A DNA stretch of 29,333 nucleotides from Cystobasidiomycetes sp. EMM_F5 (taxonomy: Eukaryota): NCBI GenBank assembly GCA_051047955.1, contig JBPGPT010000050.1, positions 62,001 to 91,333 of the forward strand. Reading direction: 5' to 3'. The position numbers and the translations under genes were made by a program. Below are positions 11,050 through 24,200 of this stretch, piece by piece. The first letter of the stretch is position 1, and each line of letters begins with the position of its first letter. Below the pieces are notes generated by a model. It ran no database searches and was not told the DNA's origin. It was given only the letters and a program-made list of their open reading frames with translations.

Positions 11050-13112
11050 TCATACATACAACTCCTTGAAGTCGCGCTGCAATCCGACTTCTTCCTTGAG
11101 TGGGATACGACTGCGTGTCCGTGCACCAACTGGACTTTCGGTCTGTCTAACAGTCTTTGCGAGGCTGTTGCGTCACACTCGATAATCAGCGAGTCTTCAG
11201 TAGAAACTTCAATAGATGCGCTTACTCTTTGCGCTGTCGCCTCGTCGGCTGCTTTGCCGTCACCCCCTCACGTTTCTTGAGCGGTCTACCCCTCTTACGA
11301 GGTGAAGCTGTCGTGGGGGACAGCACCGTCTCTGCTAATGGCAAACCAACAGCTGCAGCCCCAGCGGTCACTTCCACCGCCGTACGATCGCGATCGCCAT
11401 CACCATCCGCTGTTGACGATGGTGAAGCAGAATGTGCCGAAGCGACACTACTGCTTTCAAGGGTTGCAAAATCCTCCGCCCCACCTACACTCGACGATGC
11501 GTCCTCATCTCTCTCCCTCGTAATTCTGAACCTCTGTCTGGGAGATTCTGCAGCTTGGATTTCCGGATCAGGAGAAGTTGCTCGTGACCTTATGCGAGAA
11601 CCGCAAGAGGGTGAAGCCGACGCTTTCTGACGAAGGTTGTGATCGTGCGACAGTGGCAGGTCGGAGAGTTGGGTCGCTGTTGTGCTCGTACTGAGGTGGG
11701 TTGTGGAAGTAGCTGTAGAACTCGATGCTGAGGGAGACGAGGATCGATGTGTATGGCTTACGGAAAGGCCAGAAGGCTGCGGTGGCTGATGATGCTGAAA
11801 ATTGTGCAAAGGCGTCCTGATACTAGGATGCGAAGACGGAAGCGGGACAGAAGCTGGGTCGACAGCTTCATAGTCTTCTGTTGTGTTAGTCGGTCCAGGA
11901 CTGGGATTGTTGAAATCTTCAGACTCGGTCTCGTCAATCTCATTCTCGATCAGCGTCTCCAGCGCTTGTTCCCAGCTTCCAGCACAATCCTGGATGAGCT
12001 GCCTGATTTCGGTAATGTTGTGTCGATGTGGATACTTGAGAGATGATAGGACGAGCGATTCTTCCTGGGTTGCAGTGGGCTCGTCTTCCGTGGATGATGG
12101 AGTGTTGTCACCTGATGCAGCCTGTTTGGCGTCGATGATGCAGGGTAGTCCAGAGTGTGGCCCTTGCACGTTGCGGGCAGAAGAGTAGTGCTGTATGTAT
12201 AGAGGAGTGGAATTCAGCTCTGTTGAAGTCCACCAATCGCATATACCCTCACCTCCCAGTTGTGGTAGACAATGTACAAGTCTGGCAGGGATGCTTCCTT
12301 CTCCCTCGCCTTGCCCTTTGCAACATTCCCTGCCGCTCTCTCGGACTTTGCCGACGGACTCTCATCCTCGTAGCCAATAACGTAGACGAGTTGGGCTTGG
12401 ATGACTCTGACTCTTCTACTCACCATTCTCGCAAAAGCCACAATCTCTACCTGCGTGCCGTAGGTAGCCTGCAAGCGCATCTCTGCTACGTGGGCCGCAA
12501 AGGCTGCTTCGGGGGAGGAGTGGTTTGAATCGTCGATAAAGGCTATAAATTCCGACGAGTGGGCGAGGAGAAAGTTGCATACTTCCTGACGGATGACGTG
12601 GTGGTAGTTTGGAGTGCCGTGCAGTTGGTCCGACAGTGCACGAAACAGACAGGATCCGTCTCCAAGACTGGGGAGAGTGCAGAGGGTGCATTATGTCAGC
12701 TGGTGCTGCTGCGCACGGAGAACGGGCATGCAGTGGTTCTACGAGTGTCTGTAATGCTTTACTTTACTTGAGACACTTTGTAAACAACTTACGTATTTGC
12801 AGCGTAGAGGCCGAGTCGCCTCAGCTGAGCATTGAGGAGTCGCTCATCGTTGGCGGGGTCTTCAAAGAGCTGGAGGGATACAAACACGAGCGACAGTCAG
12901 TCAGCGGGGGCATTCCTCTCCATAGACACACACACACACACCCTCGGAGCTTGTCGCCGTGTCCTGTCGCGCTGCTTTGCGACTGCCGCAGCTGCACTCC
13001 CATCAGTGATGGCATGGCTCCCGCCGTGCTTGTAGTTGTAGGCAGCGTCCGCAGCGAGGCCGGCTGCCCGTCTCGGTCTCCCTCGAGCAGCAGACCTGGC
13101 TCCCTTGACCAT
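11050..13112 (-). CDS. OTU-family deubiquitinase (OTUD3-like) with CUE/UBA-like helical segment and disordered tail (~580 aa)
   Basis: Exons 13112-12942, 12869-12793, 12667-12253, 12190-11226, 11164-11050. Catalytic Cys loop GDGSCLFRALSDQLHG, YGTQVEIVAFA, His loop YHNWEHYSSAR. Segment IRQLIQDCAGSWEQALETLIE resembles a ubiquitin-binding helical bundle. Confidence 0.9.
12926..12941. repeat. (AC)8 microsatellite; reads (GT)8 on the OTU sense strand, starting at the intron 1 donor
   Basis: acacacacacacacac at 12926-12941. Confidence 0.9.
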
Positions 13113-13508
13113 GGCTGCTGCTCGTTGACGGATGCTCGCTGATTTGCGGGCTGCAGGCTTGCTCTCAAGAGGATGATCGAGAGATGTATGGCTCTAAACG
13201 CGACTAGTGAAAGCGGAGACGGGCATGTCTATGTTATGACAGCAGCCAAGCGTCGATATGCACAGTCTGTTACTAGTCCAAAACATATGTCCCGAGCGCT
13301 TGTTTGGTCAGCCATATATGCATCCTCAGCCGGTCTAGACTATATTAATTACCAAGATGTACTGCTCGAGTTGCTACGACAGCCTCACACTCATGTCTTC
13401 ATAAGTGTCGTTGTGATCATTGCCCAGTCGAGTTAAATACCCGCTCGGCATTCATATCTGAACGAGCCGGTTCAAGTTGTTGCTTCAGGGTCGTATAAAC
13501 CCAAGACT
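13113..13508. promoter_or_regulatory. Probable bidirectional promoter between the OTU gene and PEX6
   Basis: Divergent ATGs are 396 bp apart, with more AT-rich patches; inferred from geometry. Confidence 0.45.
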
Positions 13509-16500
13509 ATGCAGCGAGCGACGCTCAACCATGCTGCGACTCCCGGCGTGCCCTCGTCGAGCACCAAGTGTACTCAGGTCGAGCTGTCTGCCGAGCTGTG
13601 GCAGATTGTCCTCGACCAGGCAAGCGACATCCACCACCAGCAGCATAATAATGGTCCCGTAGTACAACCCGAGCGCATCGGCGTGTGCATACTATCCTCA
13701 TCCCACCGTCCACATCCGTCTGCATCCGGGTTGCCTAGTGTCGTCTGCTGGGCAAGAAGGACGTCACGAGAGGCAGTACTGACAGAGGTGGGCAGATAGT
13801 AAGAGACAATCAGCTGACAACCGCTGATAGTTATCTCTCAGGTATCCCTGTGTGCAGAAAGAACACTGACGAAAGCACATCCCTCAATACTTGGCCCCGC
13901 GAACCGTTCAGTCAGGATAGCCGCAACACGCCCGGTTGCACTTTCACAGATCATTCTGTGTGCTATAGATCAACATGCATACGATGCTGCATGCGAGAAC
14001 AAGGAGGAGATGGAGGAATGGCTCAATCAAAGTCAGCGGATCCTGCGACAGGGAGAAACGGTCAGTATACCACTGCCAAGCGCGAGAAAAAAGGCCATCA
14101 ATGGTCATACTAGCGCAGGGCTTACCAATGGAACAACGTCGTATACGCACACCTATCGTATACTGATGGCTCAGCCTGTCCTGCAAGGCTACGCCGACCC
14201 CGCAAAGACAGAGTTTATTCTTACCATAAGCCAACAGCCGCAATCTCTTGAATCATTCGATGCTCAGCCAGCCGAGTCGAATATATTCACTTCCCTGTCG
14301 AATTTTGAGTTAGACGACGACTTTCTCGCCGCCTCTGTATTTGAGCCATCGCTCCCCAACCACACCCTTCTCAATGGCCTGACAAACGGTCATCAGCATT
14401 CTCCGGTATTCAGCCCAAGTACCGCGTCCGACATAAATGCTTCTTCTATTCTCTCAGTACCAATACAGTCCCGCAGTCGCGGAAGAACAGTAAAGACGCA
14501 CGCTATGGCATTTCCTGTTCCTTTGTACGATGACATCGTACCACGGCCTGAGGAGAGTGTTGATGAATCTCTCGTGACCTTCTTTTCGACTATGGATCTG
14601 GCAAAATATGGCTTCTTCAGTGGTGATGCGGTACGTTAAAGTATCCCGCTCGAGCCTTCTGTTGATTTATCACACATTCAGGTCGAGATTAGTGATAGTC
14701 ATCAAAATAACCTCCGCCTTGTCAAAGTCTATGCGTCGGACGATGCACCGGAAGGTCACTTATCCTGCAGTCCTCTCCTGCTCCTCAATATGAAATCGCC
14801 AAGCACCCTCCATCTCTCTAGACCAGTAAAGGTGGACTATACATACGAGCGAGCCCAATCCGTGTCGATCGCCAGAGTAGCGTCAGAGCATACAATGCAC
14901 AAGCAGTACCAGTCTGTCGTTCTCAGTGCCCTCAAAGCCTACTTTCAGAATAGGTATCGCATAGTCAAACAGGGTGACTTGTTGGCTGTTCCCATCGACG
15001 AAAAAGCCACTCGCTTTCAGTCAAATGAAGATGATAAGGTCGTCGATCCGCTCAATGCAGAGGACGGCGAACAATACACGTGCGTATTGTGTACAGATCG
15101 AGCAGATGCCGTCCGCTGACGCATTTTGTATACCACAGCCTGCCATTATCAGATACCAAGAGTACAGCCATAGCGTGGTTCAAGGTGATAAACGTGGAAG
15201 CACCGACCGAGTCGTCCAAAGCGGGACAGTATGGATATCTCATCGACCCAATGTCAACTCGAATGGTGCAAACGGGCGTTGCGAATGCGGCCATCGTCGA
15301 TATGGATGCATATCTAGGTATTGGTGCGCACGCGTCCTTCTTGAGAAGATATACGGGATATGTTCCACTTATCCGATCACATTTCAGACTGTCTACCACC
15401 TCAGCCTGACCTATTCGATCATACAATGAGCGTGACGCCGGCCTATTCCCACCTTGTAGATTACCTGCGGGCGGCTATGCGGCCAGGATCAAGTGTCCTC
15501 GGCCTTGACATGACAGTCATGCTAAAAGGCGCGAGAGGTTCAGGCAAAGCTACGTTGGCTAGATGGGCAGCACGTGCAGCTGGAATGCACATTATCGAAG
15601 TAAGCCAGATCTGTCTAATCTCGGCTGAATGACTGAGTTGCGTGATAGCTGGACTGTTACGAGCTCGTTGGTGATACTGACGTCAAGACGGAGGGCAATT
15701 TGACAGCTCGATGGGAGAGAGTATCAGCATGTACACCTTGCATTCTCCTCTTACGACACCTTGACGCACTAGGCAGGAAAAGTCAGACGCTAGAAACAGG
15801 GCAAGGTGAGTATGACTGCTTCTGGTCTAATGAACTGCAGGACTGACTGCATACAACTGGACGCGACCAGAGCCGGCAATCGCGAGCATACTACAGGAAT
15901 GTCTGGACAAAGCTCGAGATAGGTGGAAAGAGACTGGATTCCCTCTCGTGACCATCGGTACTTCGAGTGATGCGGAGAAGATACCGACTAGCATCATCAA
16001 GCTCTTCAAGGAGGATATAATGATCGACGCTCCATCAGAGGCAGAGCGTCTTGCTATGCTAAAGGGCTTGCTGCGGCACGATATATTGGCTCCAGACGTT
16101 TCGCTAAAGAGCCTCGCGGTTCAAAGTGCAGCGCTCGTCGCGTGCGATTTGGTGAATATGGTAGATCGTGCCCGTCTTGCATATGTCGCCCGTCTCGAAC
16201 AGTCTTCGTGAGGCAGCCAGCTTCAGGAGCGCAGGATTCATGCTGATGCCCTCTCCAATCACAGACTTTCCTTGTCGGATTGCCGAGATGCTGGAATTGC
16301 TTTGACAGAGGCGGACTTTACTTCAGCTCTCGACAAAGCTCGCTCATTCTACTCTGAGAGTATAGGAGCGCCCAAAATTCCAAATGTTACTTGGGATGAC
16401 GTTGGAGGTTTGGCAAGCGTAAAGTCGGAGATTCTCGATACTATACAACTGCCTCTGGATCATCCAGAATTGTTCTCGGATGGTCTCAAGAAGCGGTCCG

Positions 16501-17538
16501 GTGTGCTATTGTACGGTCCTCCCGGCACCGGCAAGACTCTTCTAGCAAAGGCAGTTGCAACTTCCTGCTCACTGAACTTCTTCTCCGTCAAGGGTCCAGA
16601 ACTACTCAACATGTATATCGGTGAATCGGAAGCGAATGTGAGACGTGTCTTTCAGCGAGCCAGAGATGCCAAACCTTGCGTCATCTTCTTCGACGAGCTC
16701 GACTCCGTTGCGCCGAAGCGCGGCAATCAAGGTGATTCTGGAGGCGTAATGGATCGTATAGTCAGTCAGCTGCTTGCGGAACTGGATGGGATGGCAGAAG
16801 GCAAAGGAGGCGCAGATGTTTTTGTCATTGGCGCCACGAACAGACCTGATCTACTGGATCCAGCATTGCTCAGACCTGGTCGGTGCGTAACACTCGCCGA
16901 TATTTTTCTGCTCTAAGTGTTGACGTACACTTATTTCAGATTTGATCGCATGCTGTACCTCGGAGTCAGCGACAATCATGAATCGCAGAGAAAGATCATC
17001 GAGGCTTTGACCCGCAAATTCAAGCTTGATCCGGATATTGATTTGCACAAGCTTGCAGAGGCCTGTCCATTTAACTATACTGGAGCCGACTTTTACGCTT
17101 TGTGTTCTGATGCCCTCCTTAAGGCGATGGCGCGTAAAGCGGAGGAAACAGATGCTCGGATAGGTAGGTATCTCGTCTTGTAAACGTTCTCGTTCGCTAT
17201 CTGACGTGATCAATTGCATCAGCTGAGCTCAACAAGCTTCCACAGTACCAGCATGCTCCTCTTACGCCCCAATACTATCTGGCAGAGATGGCAAAGCCGC
17301 AAGAAATCGAAGTCTTGGTCTCACAGAGGGATTTCGAAGCAGCGCTTGCAGAACTCGTGCCTAGTGTCAGCGAAGCAGAGATGGCACATTATAGAGTAGT
17401 ACAGGTGAGTGTATCCGTCTGCACTCCTGACTTGAAACTGATCCACACTGCCTTCCACTTCATCAGCAACGTTTCAGCAGCACTCCCGCACCCGAAAAAG
17501 CGGATACCAAAGGCAAGGGCAAAGCTCGACCTGCATAG
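13509..17538 (+). CDS. PEX6: Peroxisomal AAA+ ATPase Pex6 (~1150 aa)
   Basis: Exons 13509-13787, 13842-14630, 14682-15079, 15139-15323, 15388-15599, 15649-15805, 15871-16207, 16265-16882, 16940-17163, 17223-17404, 17467-17538. Degenerate D1 ([16 protein letters not shown]); canonical D2 with [81 protein letters not shown]. The start codon is less certain. Confidence 0.95.
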
Positions 17539-17681
17539 GCATTAGATAAGTTCGCGTTGAACTGTCTCGGGACGGAGGTAACGGAATCCGATCACGTTCA
17601 ACAAGGGCCTGCATGGTGACGGACAAGGTGCTTTTGTTGCTCGTTGCCTCTAATGTGCACTTACACTGCCACATTGCATAA

Positions 17682-19934
17682 ATGCAATCACCAGTTCCAG
17701 CACTGACAACGTCAGCCTTGAAGTATCCTCAGCTCCTCACCTTACATGCTCCTGTCGCAGTTCGCAAGATATCGATATTGTCCGACAATGTAGGGCAGCA
17801 GCCGGGGGCATCAGAGCCAGGCGTATTTCCATGGCTCCATTTCGGAAATTCTGCGGCAGGCAGTGAGTCTGTCCAGCGAGCTTTGACAACTAAGAATACC
17901 TGGAAATCGCGCTTTGAGAGGATCCTGCATCCGCCGCGAGCGCGACGTGGTAGCCGAAGTTCACCAGCTCCTCCTAACGACGAGAGCACCACCGTCAGCC
18001 CGTTATCTGATGCATCCTTGATGCAGATGAGCTCGCCCGCAATCCTGTCTACCGGGCCGACATCGTTTGATATGCTCGCCAATCTTACCAAACACAGTAG
18101 CGGACTGGTCACCGCCGATGAGTGCCTGGACAGTCCGATTCCTGAGAATGTCACGCAGGAGTCATGGTTCCACACGCTTCCGATAAGACAAGCCAAGGAG
18201 AACAATGACAACATGGCGGTAAGCCGCTATCGATTGTCTCTCTTGCTCCATCTGAAAGTATTTGGTGATAGAAGGAATCTGCGACTCGACAGCTTGCGCA
18301 GAAGCTGGGCAATCTGCCGAGAAAAGATAAAACCAAAGGTGAAATATTAGTTGAGGTTGGACTGGGATTCTTCTGGGATGCATTTGATCAAACGCAACAA
18401 TCTCCGGTCACCAATCAGCGAAGCTTGCAGCTTGCTGAGGAATACCTATCGGCTGGTACTGGAAGTGAGTCCTTGGGAGCCGTGAATACTGCCAGCTTCT
18501 GACTGACGCACTTTAGTCCTACGACATGTAAGCATGTGCATCCAAAAGCCATAAACGCGGACTCAGCGATCCTGCCACACAGAGTGGCGTATTTGAGCCT
18601 TATCATTATCTGCGCCTCGCCCAGAGTCGTCTTTACTGTCAGTGCTCGTCAATCGAAAAAGCAGTAACGGCAATCGATATCGGGCTAGCCCATTGTCAGC
18701 GGCCATCTGGTCAACTAGCAAGGACTTTGTGGAGCGTCAAGACAACGGCCTACTCTACAGCGGGTGATCGACATGTCGAACTCAATGCGTTGGACTCTAT
18801 GGTCAAGGTGTGGCCAGAAGATGCGCATTTACAGGCGCAGCTGGGACACTTATGGCTCGACAGTCCGGACATGGACCACCCTCTTCGACACTTGCTGAAC
18901 GCACGCAACTGCTTTTCAAACGCGAGTATAATCGATGCGCAAAATCAGCACTGGTTGTTGATGCTGGCTCAAATAGATCAGCAACTGCAAAACACCAGCT
19001 ACCATGGTCCTTCACGAGCGCATACTGTGTCTACCCCAACAGACTACGGACGAGTCGTCTCGCCCTCCAGAGCCGTCATATCAGTCCAATCTCGCCCACC
19101 TACGCCCGTCATGCACCATGTGATTCCGGAGCTCTCAGTAAGTGAATCAACCTCGTCCACAACCGCTCCCTAAATCGATTATACCAGCCAATTGAGGAAA
19201 TCTCAGAACTACCATCTCGTTCCCGACCTCGAGCAGCATCGGTAGGCTTGCAGACGTCGCCGATCAATAGTGCAGGCTGGTCAGCTCATGCGGCAGCTGC
19301 AGACCAGTCCTCAACGGCAAAAAGATCGAGAGTGCGTATGTTCGATCAACAGGAACGGATTGCACTCTTATGCACTATCATGTGTCTCGCAGAGTCTCTG
19401 CTCGTCAAAGCTAGCTCGTAGGATTGAAGCGGCTGTCGAGGAAGTACAAGAAGGTCAGACGAACTCGCCGAGACTTGTTCGCACTCAATTGACAAATTGA
19501 CCCTAGCATCACGGCGCATTGATCCGTTGATCGCGCAGACGCAAGATAGACATGTCATATTTGAACGACATGTCGAATCGATGCACCATGGCCTAGACGG
19601 GCGCCTACACGCCGTTGAAGGTAGTATGCAACATTTCGATACTCGGCTCTTACGTCTCGAAGGTGCGGGTGCTTTTCTACGAGTGCGCAATGATAATGAT
19701 GAATTGAATACGTTTTCACCCGCAGCTAAGCCTGCGGGACCTCGCAACCTGAACCCAATGAATGCAAAGTATAGCGATATCAACAATGCAATCAACCCAG
19801 CCAGACCTGCTTCAACTCCTGCTACAAACGTTGACCTCCGCTCACTTGACCGCAACGAGCTGTTAGAGCGGAGTATCATGCTATATGGAGTTTGGGCTAT
19901 GGAACAAGTCCTTGCCGAAACCAAAACTCAGTAG
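17682..19934 (+). CDS. Hypothetical protein with central TPR-like helical region and short C-terminal coiled coil (~642 aa)
   Basis: Exons 17682-18218, 18272-18464, 18517-18527, 18583-19137, 19188-19331, 19393-19453, 19507-19934 splice into one open frame (1929 nt). Segments such as MVKVWPEDAHLQAQLGHLWL and ARNCFSNASIIDAQNQHWLLMLAQI look TPR-like; LDGRLHAVEGSMQHFDTRLLRLE is heptad-like. Confidence 0.65.
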
Positions 19935-20080
19935 TTACAGTACGGCTTTGTACCTCCAAACAGCAGATGCCTTCATAGAGCTAGGCTGCACTGCAGCAGA
20001 TTCCAAGATGCCACAATGACCTAAATCTGATCAGAACCTGAGGCACACATTGGCACACACCTTGCTAGAAAGACGAAAAA

Positions 20081-20713
20081 CTATGGGGAACTAGGGAAGT
20101 CCAGATGTTGACGTGAAAAGCGAGCGTTTTCGGGAAAGTTCGCTATATCACTGCTCGTAGGCGTTGTAGGATACAATGACTGGCGGGCGCGCTCTTGTGC
20201 GGAGTACCGGCCAGACATGAACGAGCCTTGCACGGACTCACACCATTTGAGCGTAGCTTTGTCCGATTCCGATTCCGGCTGCGCTTCGGGCCTGGCGCTT
20301 TCGAATGACCACTTAGGGGCGGCCACTATGCTTCGACGTGGCGGACTCAGCGGAAGAGATGGCGGCGTCTTGATGAAGCGCGTAGCTGAATTTACGCTCG
20401 CATTGCTCGAGTAGCTTGGGGGCGCCGGAGAATCGGGCAATTGCCGCAATACCTTGATGGCTAATGGTTCCTTGCGCAGCTTGTGCCGTGTCATGAGAGC
20501 TTCAGGGTCTAACGTGGCGATAGGCGGCGAAATCTGCGACTTGTCAATGTGCTTTTCCCGCATCGACAGGTTCGCCAGTGGGGGCGCTTGGCAGCCGCGT
20601 TTTCGTTGTCTCCGTACAAACAGGTATATGCATGCTGCAATGAGCAGAGAACCCACTGCGATGGCAACACTGATTGCGACTAGGACGACCGGTTGCGCGC
20701 TGATGGAGGGCAT
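20081..20713 (-). CDS. Single-pass membrane protein with Pro/Ser-rich cytoplasmic tail (210 aa)
   Basis: Intronless ORF. N-terminal TM VVLVAISVAIAVGSLLIAACIYLFV followed by RRQRKR; disordered tail includes PPSY. Confidence 0.75.
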   Translation of the reverse strand: MPSISAQPVVLVAISVAIAVGSLLIAACIYLFVRRQRKRGCQAPPLANLSMREKHIDKSQISPPIATLDPEALMTRHKLRKEPLAIKVLRQLPDSPAPPSYSSNASVNSATRFIKTPPSLPLSPPRRSIVAAPKWSFESARPEAQPESESDKATLKWCESVQGSFMSGRYSAQERARQSLYPTTPTSSDIANFPENARFSRQHLDFPSSP

Positions 20714-21274
20714 TTGTGGAGAAATAAGCAGTGAGGTTATGCGAGGATGAGGAAGAGAGCGTGGGTATGGCGGTAGATCAAACTCAGGGTAACTATGCAG
20801 CTAAGACGCAGGACGTGGTCTGGTTTTTCGCTATTTAAGTACTGGTACTCATCCTGATGGCTCTCAAGGGAGGAATGCGGCAGGAAACCGCGGCATCGGA
20901 TCGCAACCTCTTACGAGAAGCAAGTCTCAGCAGATGTACGGGCACATCACAGCATGTTGGAAACTTCGGGCCGTTTGCGATGCCGTCTGAGTAAGGGATG
21001 TGCGTGGGTATACATCCCTTTCACCTCAACCGGACCCGCGTACATCTCCACCAGCATAACAGAGCATAGCGAGAAGTGCACTCAGCAGGACGATGTCTGC
21101 ATTCGAGAATGGGATATTTCTGCGAATATTAAGAATGTCGCGGTCAGACCTCTCGTCGCCAACGGTCAGCGGGCAGCAGCGTCGGTATGGATTGTTGTAC
21201 ACGTTAGTCGTTGTGCTACCATTCATCTGCAATCTGGTTACAAAGTGCTTGTGCTGCTCGCAGGCAGTGTAGCC

Positions 21275-24200
21275 ATGCCAGGATTCTTCAAACGCTTTCA
21301 TCGCGACAAGGCGAGGGCGAACACTGAAAAACAATCAGGACAACAGAGCGCAACAGGCCAGGAAGCTCGCCCGCTGAGTGCAGGGCTGTTCCATCGACGC
21401 AGTCACAAGGTCAGGCCTGCAGCCGACTCGAATGGCGCCCCCGTCGAGTCCAGTATTGTATTGGCAGTCGCACCGTCGCTCGACATACGCTTCCCGCTCG
21501 AACGCACACCATCCCCGACACTTGTCCAAGTAGACGAATCGCAGTCGCCCTGGGTCGATGTTGGCGAGGTATCGGCTGGCCAGCATGTTGCAGGAACGTC
21601 GTTGGGTCTGGCAGGATTGTCCTGGCAGCAACGCCCAGTAAACCCGCGACTGAAGGCTATCCTTGCCCGGGCACGTCTGAATGCTCATCAGACGACGACG
21701 TTGATAATTGCGTGTGCGCGAGTACTGGGTGAACAGGGTAGGTCTGGTATGTTGTTGCCGAGTCGCAGGTTAAAGTCGGCTTTTTCAGGTCTCTCCACAC
21801 TAGGACTCTTCCGGCCATGGCGTATCGCAGAGTCTCCCTTCCTCATAACTCATACCCTTGGCTTGTTCCTGCAAGCTGTGGATCCCGATGGTGCGGCAAT
21901 CCCTCTTGCGGACAAGGATTTGCTGGCCATTGGACGCGACGAGAAGGCTACCCAGCTGGGGCTCTTTGAAGCTACTCTGGCAGACATCGGTCCGCACAAT
22001 GTAGCAGCTTGCATGAAATGGGTCAGCTGCATGCTGAACTCCGTATGTGCGGGTATGAAACTGAAGTGCGCTTGCACAGGGTCTTAGGCATCTCCACTTT
22101 GGCACAGCGGGCTTCGCAAAGGACGAAGACAAGTCGCGATGGCACTTCTATACATCTTTCAGCGAGAAGGAAGTAGAGCATGACTTATCACGAGCAGCAT
22201 ACACAGATCTCTTCCTCCCTACCATACCGAAAGCCAATGCTGCCTTGCTCAAAGCGCTTTTCGACCTCTTTGCAGTGCTGTCGATGCATGCGGAAGAAAC
22301 CGCCATGACAGGTAAATCATAAAACCCTTGCACATAGAGACAACTAATGAAGCATATGCAGGGCCGCATCTCTGCCGATTATTTGGATTCTGGACTTTCG
22401 GTTCGCATGGTGAGGAATACAACAGCTTTCAACAGCTATACGAGGCGTACAAGATGTCATCCAGCGTCCTATACCACCTCTTTTTGGCCTATCTCAGATC
22501 CCAGGGCGATCTGCTCCCTTTGCGCGTGCGAAATCTATACTCTATATATCCCCCTCGAACCACAACGCTGGAAGTTGAGCATACAATTCCCATTTCCGAA
22601 TGGCAAATATTGCACGCAGTCATTCAGCTACATAAGACTGTGTCGTTTACGAAACCTTCTGCGAAGCCGCGCGCGAAAAGGTTCCCAACTGCCCTGCTGG
22701 AGATGGGCTTATCTGCCGCGGAACCCAGTGACGAAGATAGCGCAGAAAGAGCGGCTTGGATCAGTGCCGCTGAAAGCAGCAAAGACGGTGATTCCTTCCG
22801 GTTGGATCGCTTAATTTCTGATGAGACTAGCCGTATATTCGTTACTTTTCAAGAGCCCGACATGCCACACTCGCCGCGATCAGACCACTTCTGTTCCACC
22901 CATAGTATTTCGCGACGTAGATCGGCATCATGGGACCCCGAGCGCAGGAATTTGCCTGAGAAAACCACCACTGCAAGCGTAATACATCGGAAGTGAGTGG
23001 TGCCGCGGTGAAGTAAAGCTGCCTCTTAACATCTCTTGTCCGTCAGGCCAAACCAAGCATCTACTTCAGTTGTCGACGTTCGACATGTCCCTGCAGCTTC
23101 AGCTTCTACAGCAGAAGATGTCGAAGAGCCGCGATCCTGGAGTCAATTTGCAACAACTGGTTTTGGAGGAACGGCAGACTCTGACAATTTCTCACTCATC
23201 AACGAATTTGGTCAAATGTCTGGCAGCAAAGCGCAGTCGGCGCTGCGCAGCAGCCGTTCGCCGGCCAAGCTCAAGAAGCCGAGATCGTCACGACGAAGGA
23301 GGCGACACAGCTCCGCTTCGTCTGAAGGGTTAAATGAGACGGCTAGTCCCGATGAGCGGGAAGAAGATCTGCACCCTCCAAAAGCGGATCTAATTAGTGT
23401 GACTGCGACTCTGCTGGATCCTGTCTTCGCGGACGCCTACCTTGACAGCCTAGATGAGCCAGACCTCACCTCGAAGTGGCCGATGTTCGTTGTCGCAGAG
23501 ATTAAGGGTTCGATACCTCCCTATCGTGGCATCATCGTTGAAGAGACTAGATCCGACCTCCTGGCATCACTCAGCCGTAATGCCTCGAAGCAAAGTGAGC
23601 TTGCACTCCCACGCGAGCCGGCTTCACCCACTCAAAGCTCCGTTCGTGTGGAGAGTACAAAAAGCGGGCGTGGAAAGCCAAGCTTCGCGTCACTTCGGAC
23701 AAGGCATCGAATTTCTGGCATGCTGACCCGCCTCAAGAGCGGTAGCAGCGTCAACTTGCCGAAACATGGCATCGAACGTGTCTCAATGCCGCACACATCA
23801 CAGACACGTGTACTCCAAGAGGCTGAAATGGTACCTGAGGTTGCTGATGCTACAAAGCGAGAGACCTCGCCTCCAACTCTCACCACTCCCGTTCGAAGAC
23901 CCATCCCAATGATTATCAAGACTTCGCCACTGACTCCTCCCCGCTATAGTATGCGTTTGCAGCCTGTGATCTCTCCAATGAAGGTCGAAGAGGAGAATTT
24001 GCCGTCCCCGCTGTCTTCCAAGACGCAAGATGAGCTGTCTGAGAGAGCAAGGCTTGCGGACGAGCCCGTCATACTCGCTGCTACTCATGTACCACCGCCA
24101 TCGCCCAATGAGCATGCGTCGGCTGTTGAGGCAGACTCGGTCACTACTCCATTGCCGGAGGACGCGGTCGATATTGAGACTCTGGCCAAGTCCGAGGAAA

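Noticed and set aside
12668..12792. 125-nt OTU intron 2 as a nested intron or snoRNA host
   Set aside because: Internal AGs exist, but I found no convincing internal donor, frame-preserving micro-exon or box C/D pair.
13173..13436. 87-aa ORF between the OTU gene and PEX6
   Set aside because: No recognisable features or convincing splice link to PEX6; it occupies the presumed shared promoter.
20954..21274. In-frame N-terminal extension of the large gene from ATG 20954
   Set aside because: The translation looks non-coding, and GCCATGC at 21275 (MPGFFKRF) is a more typical start; not excluded without transcript data.
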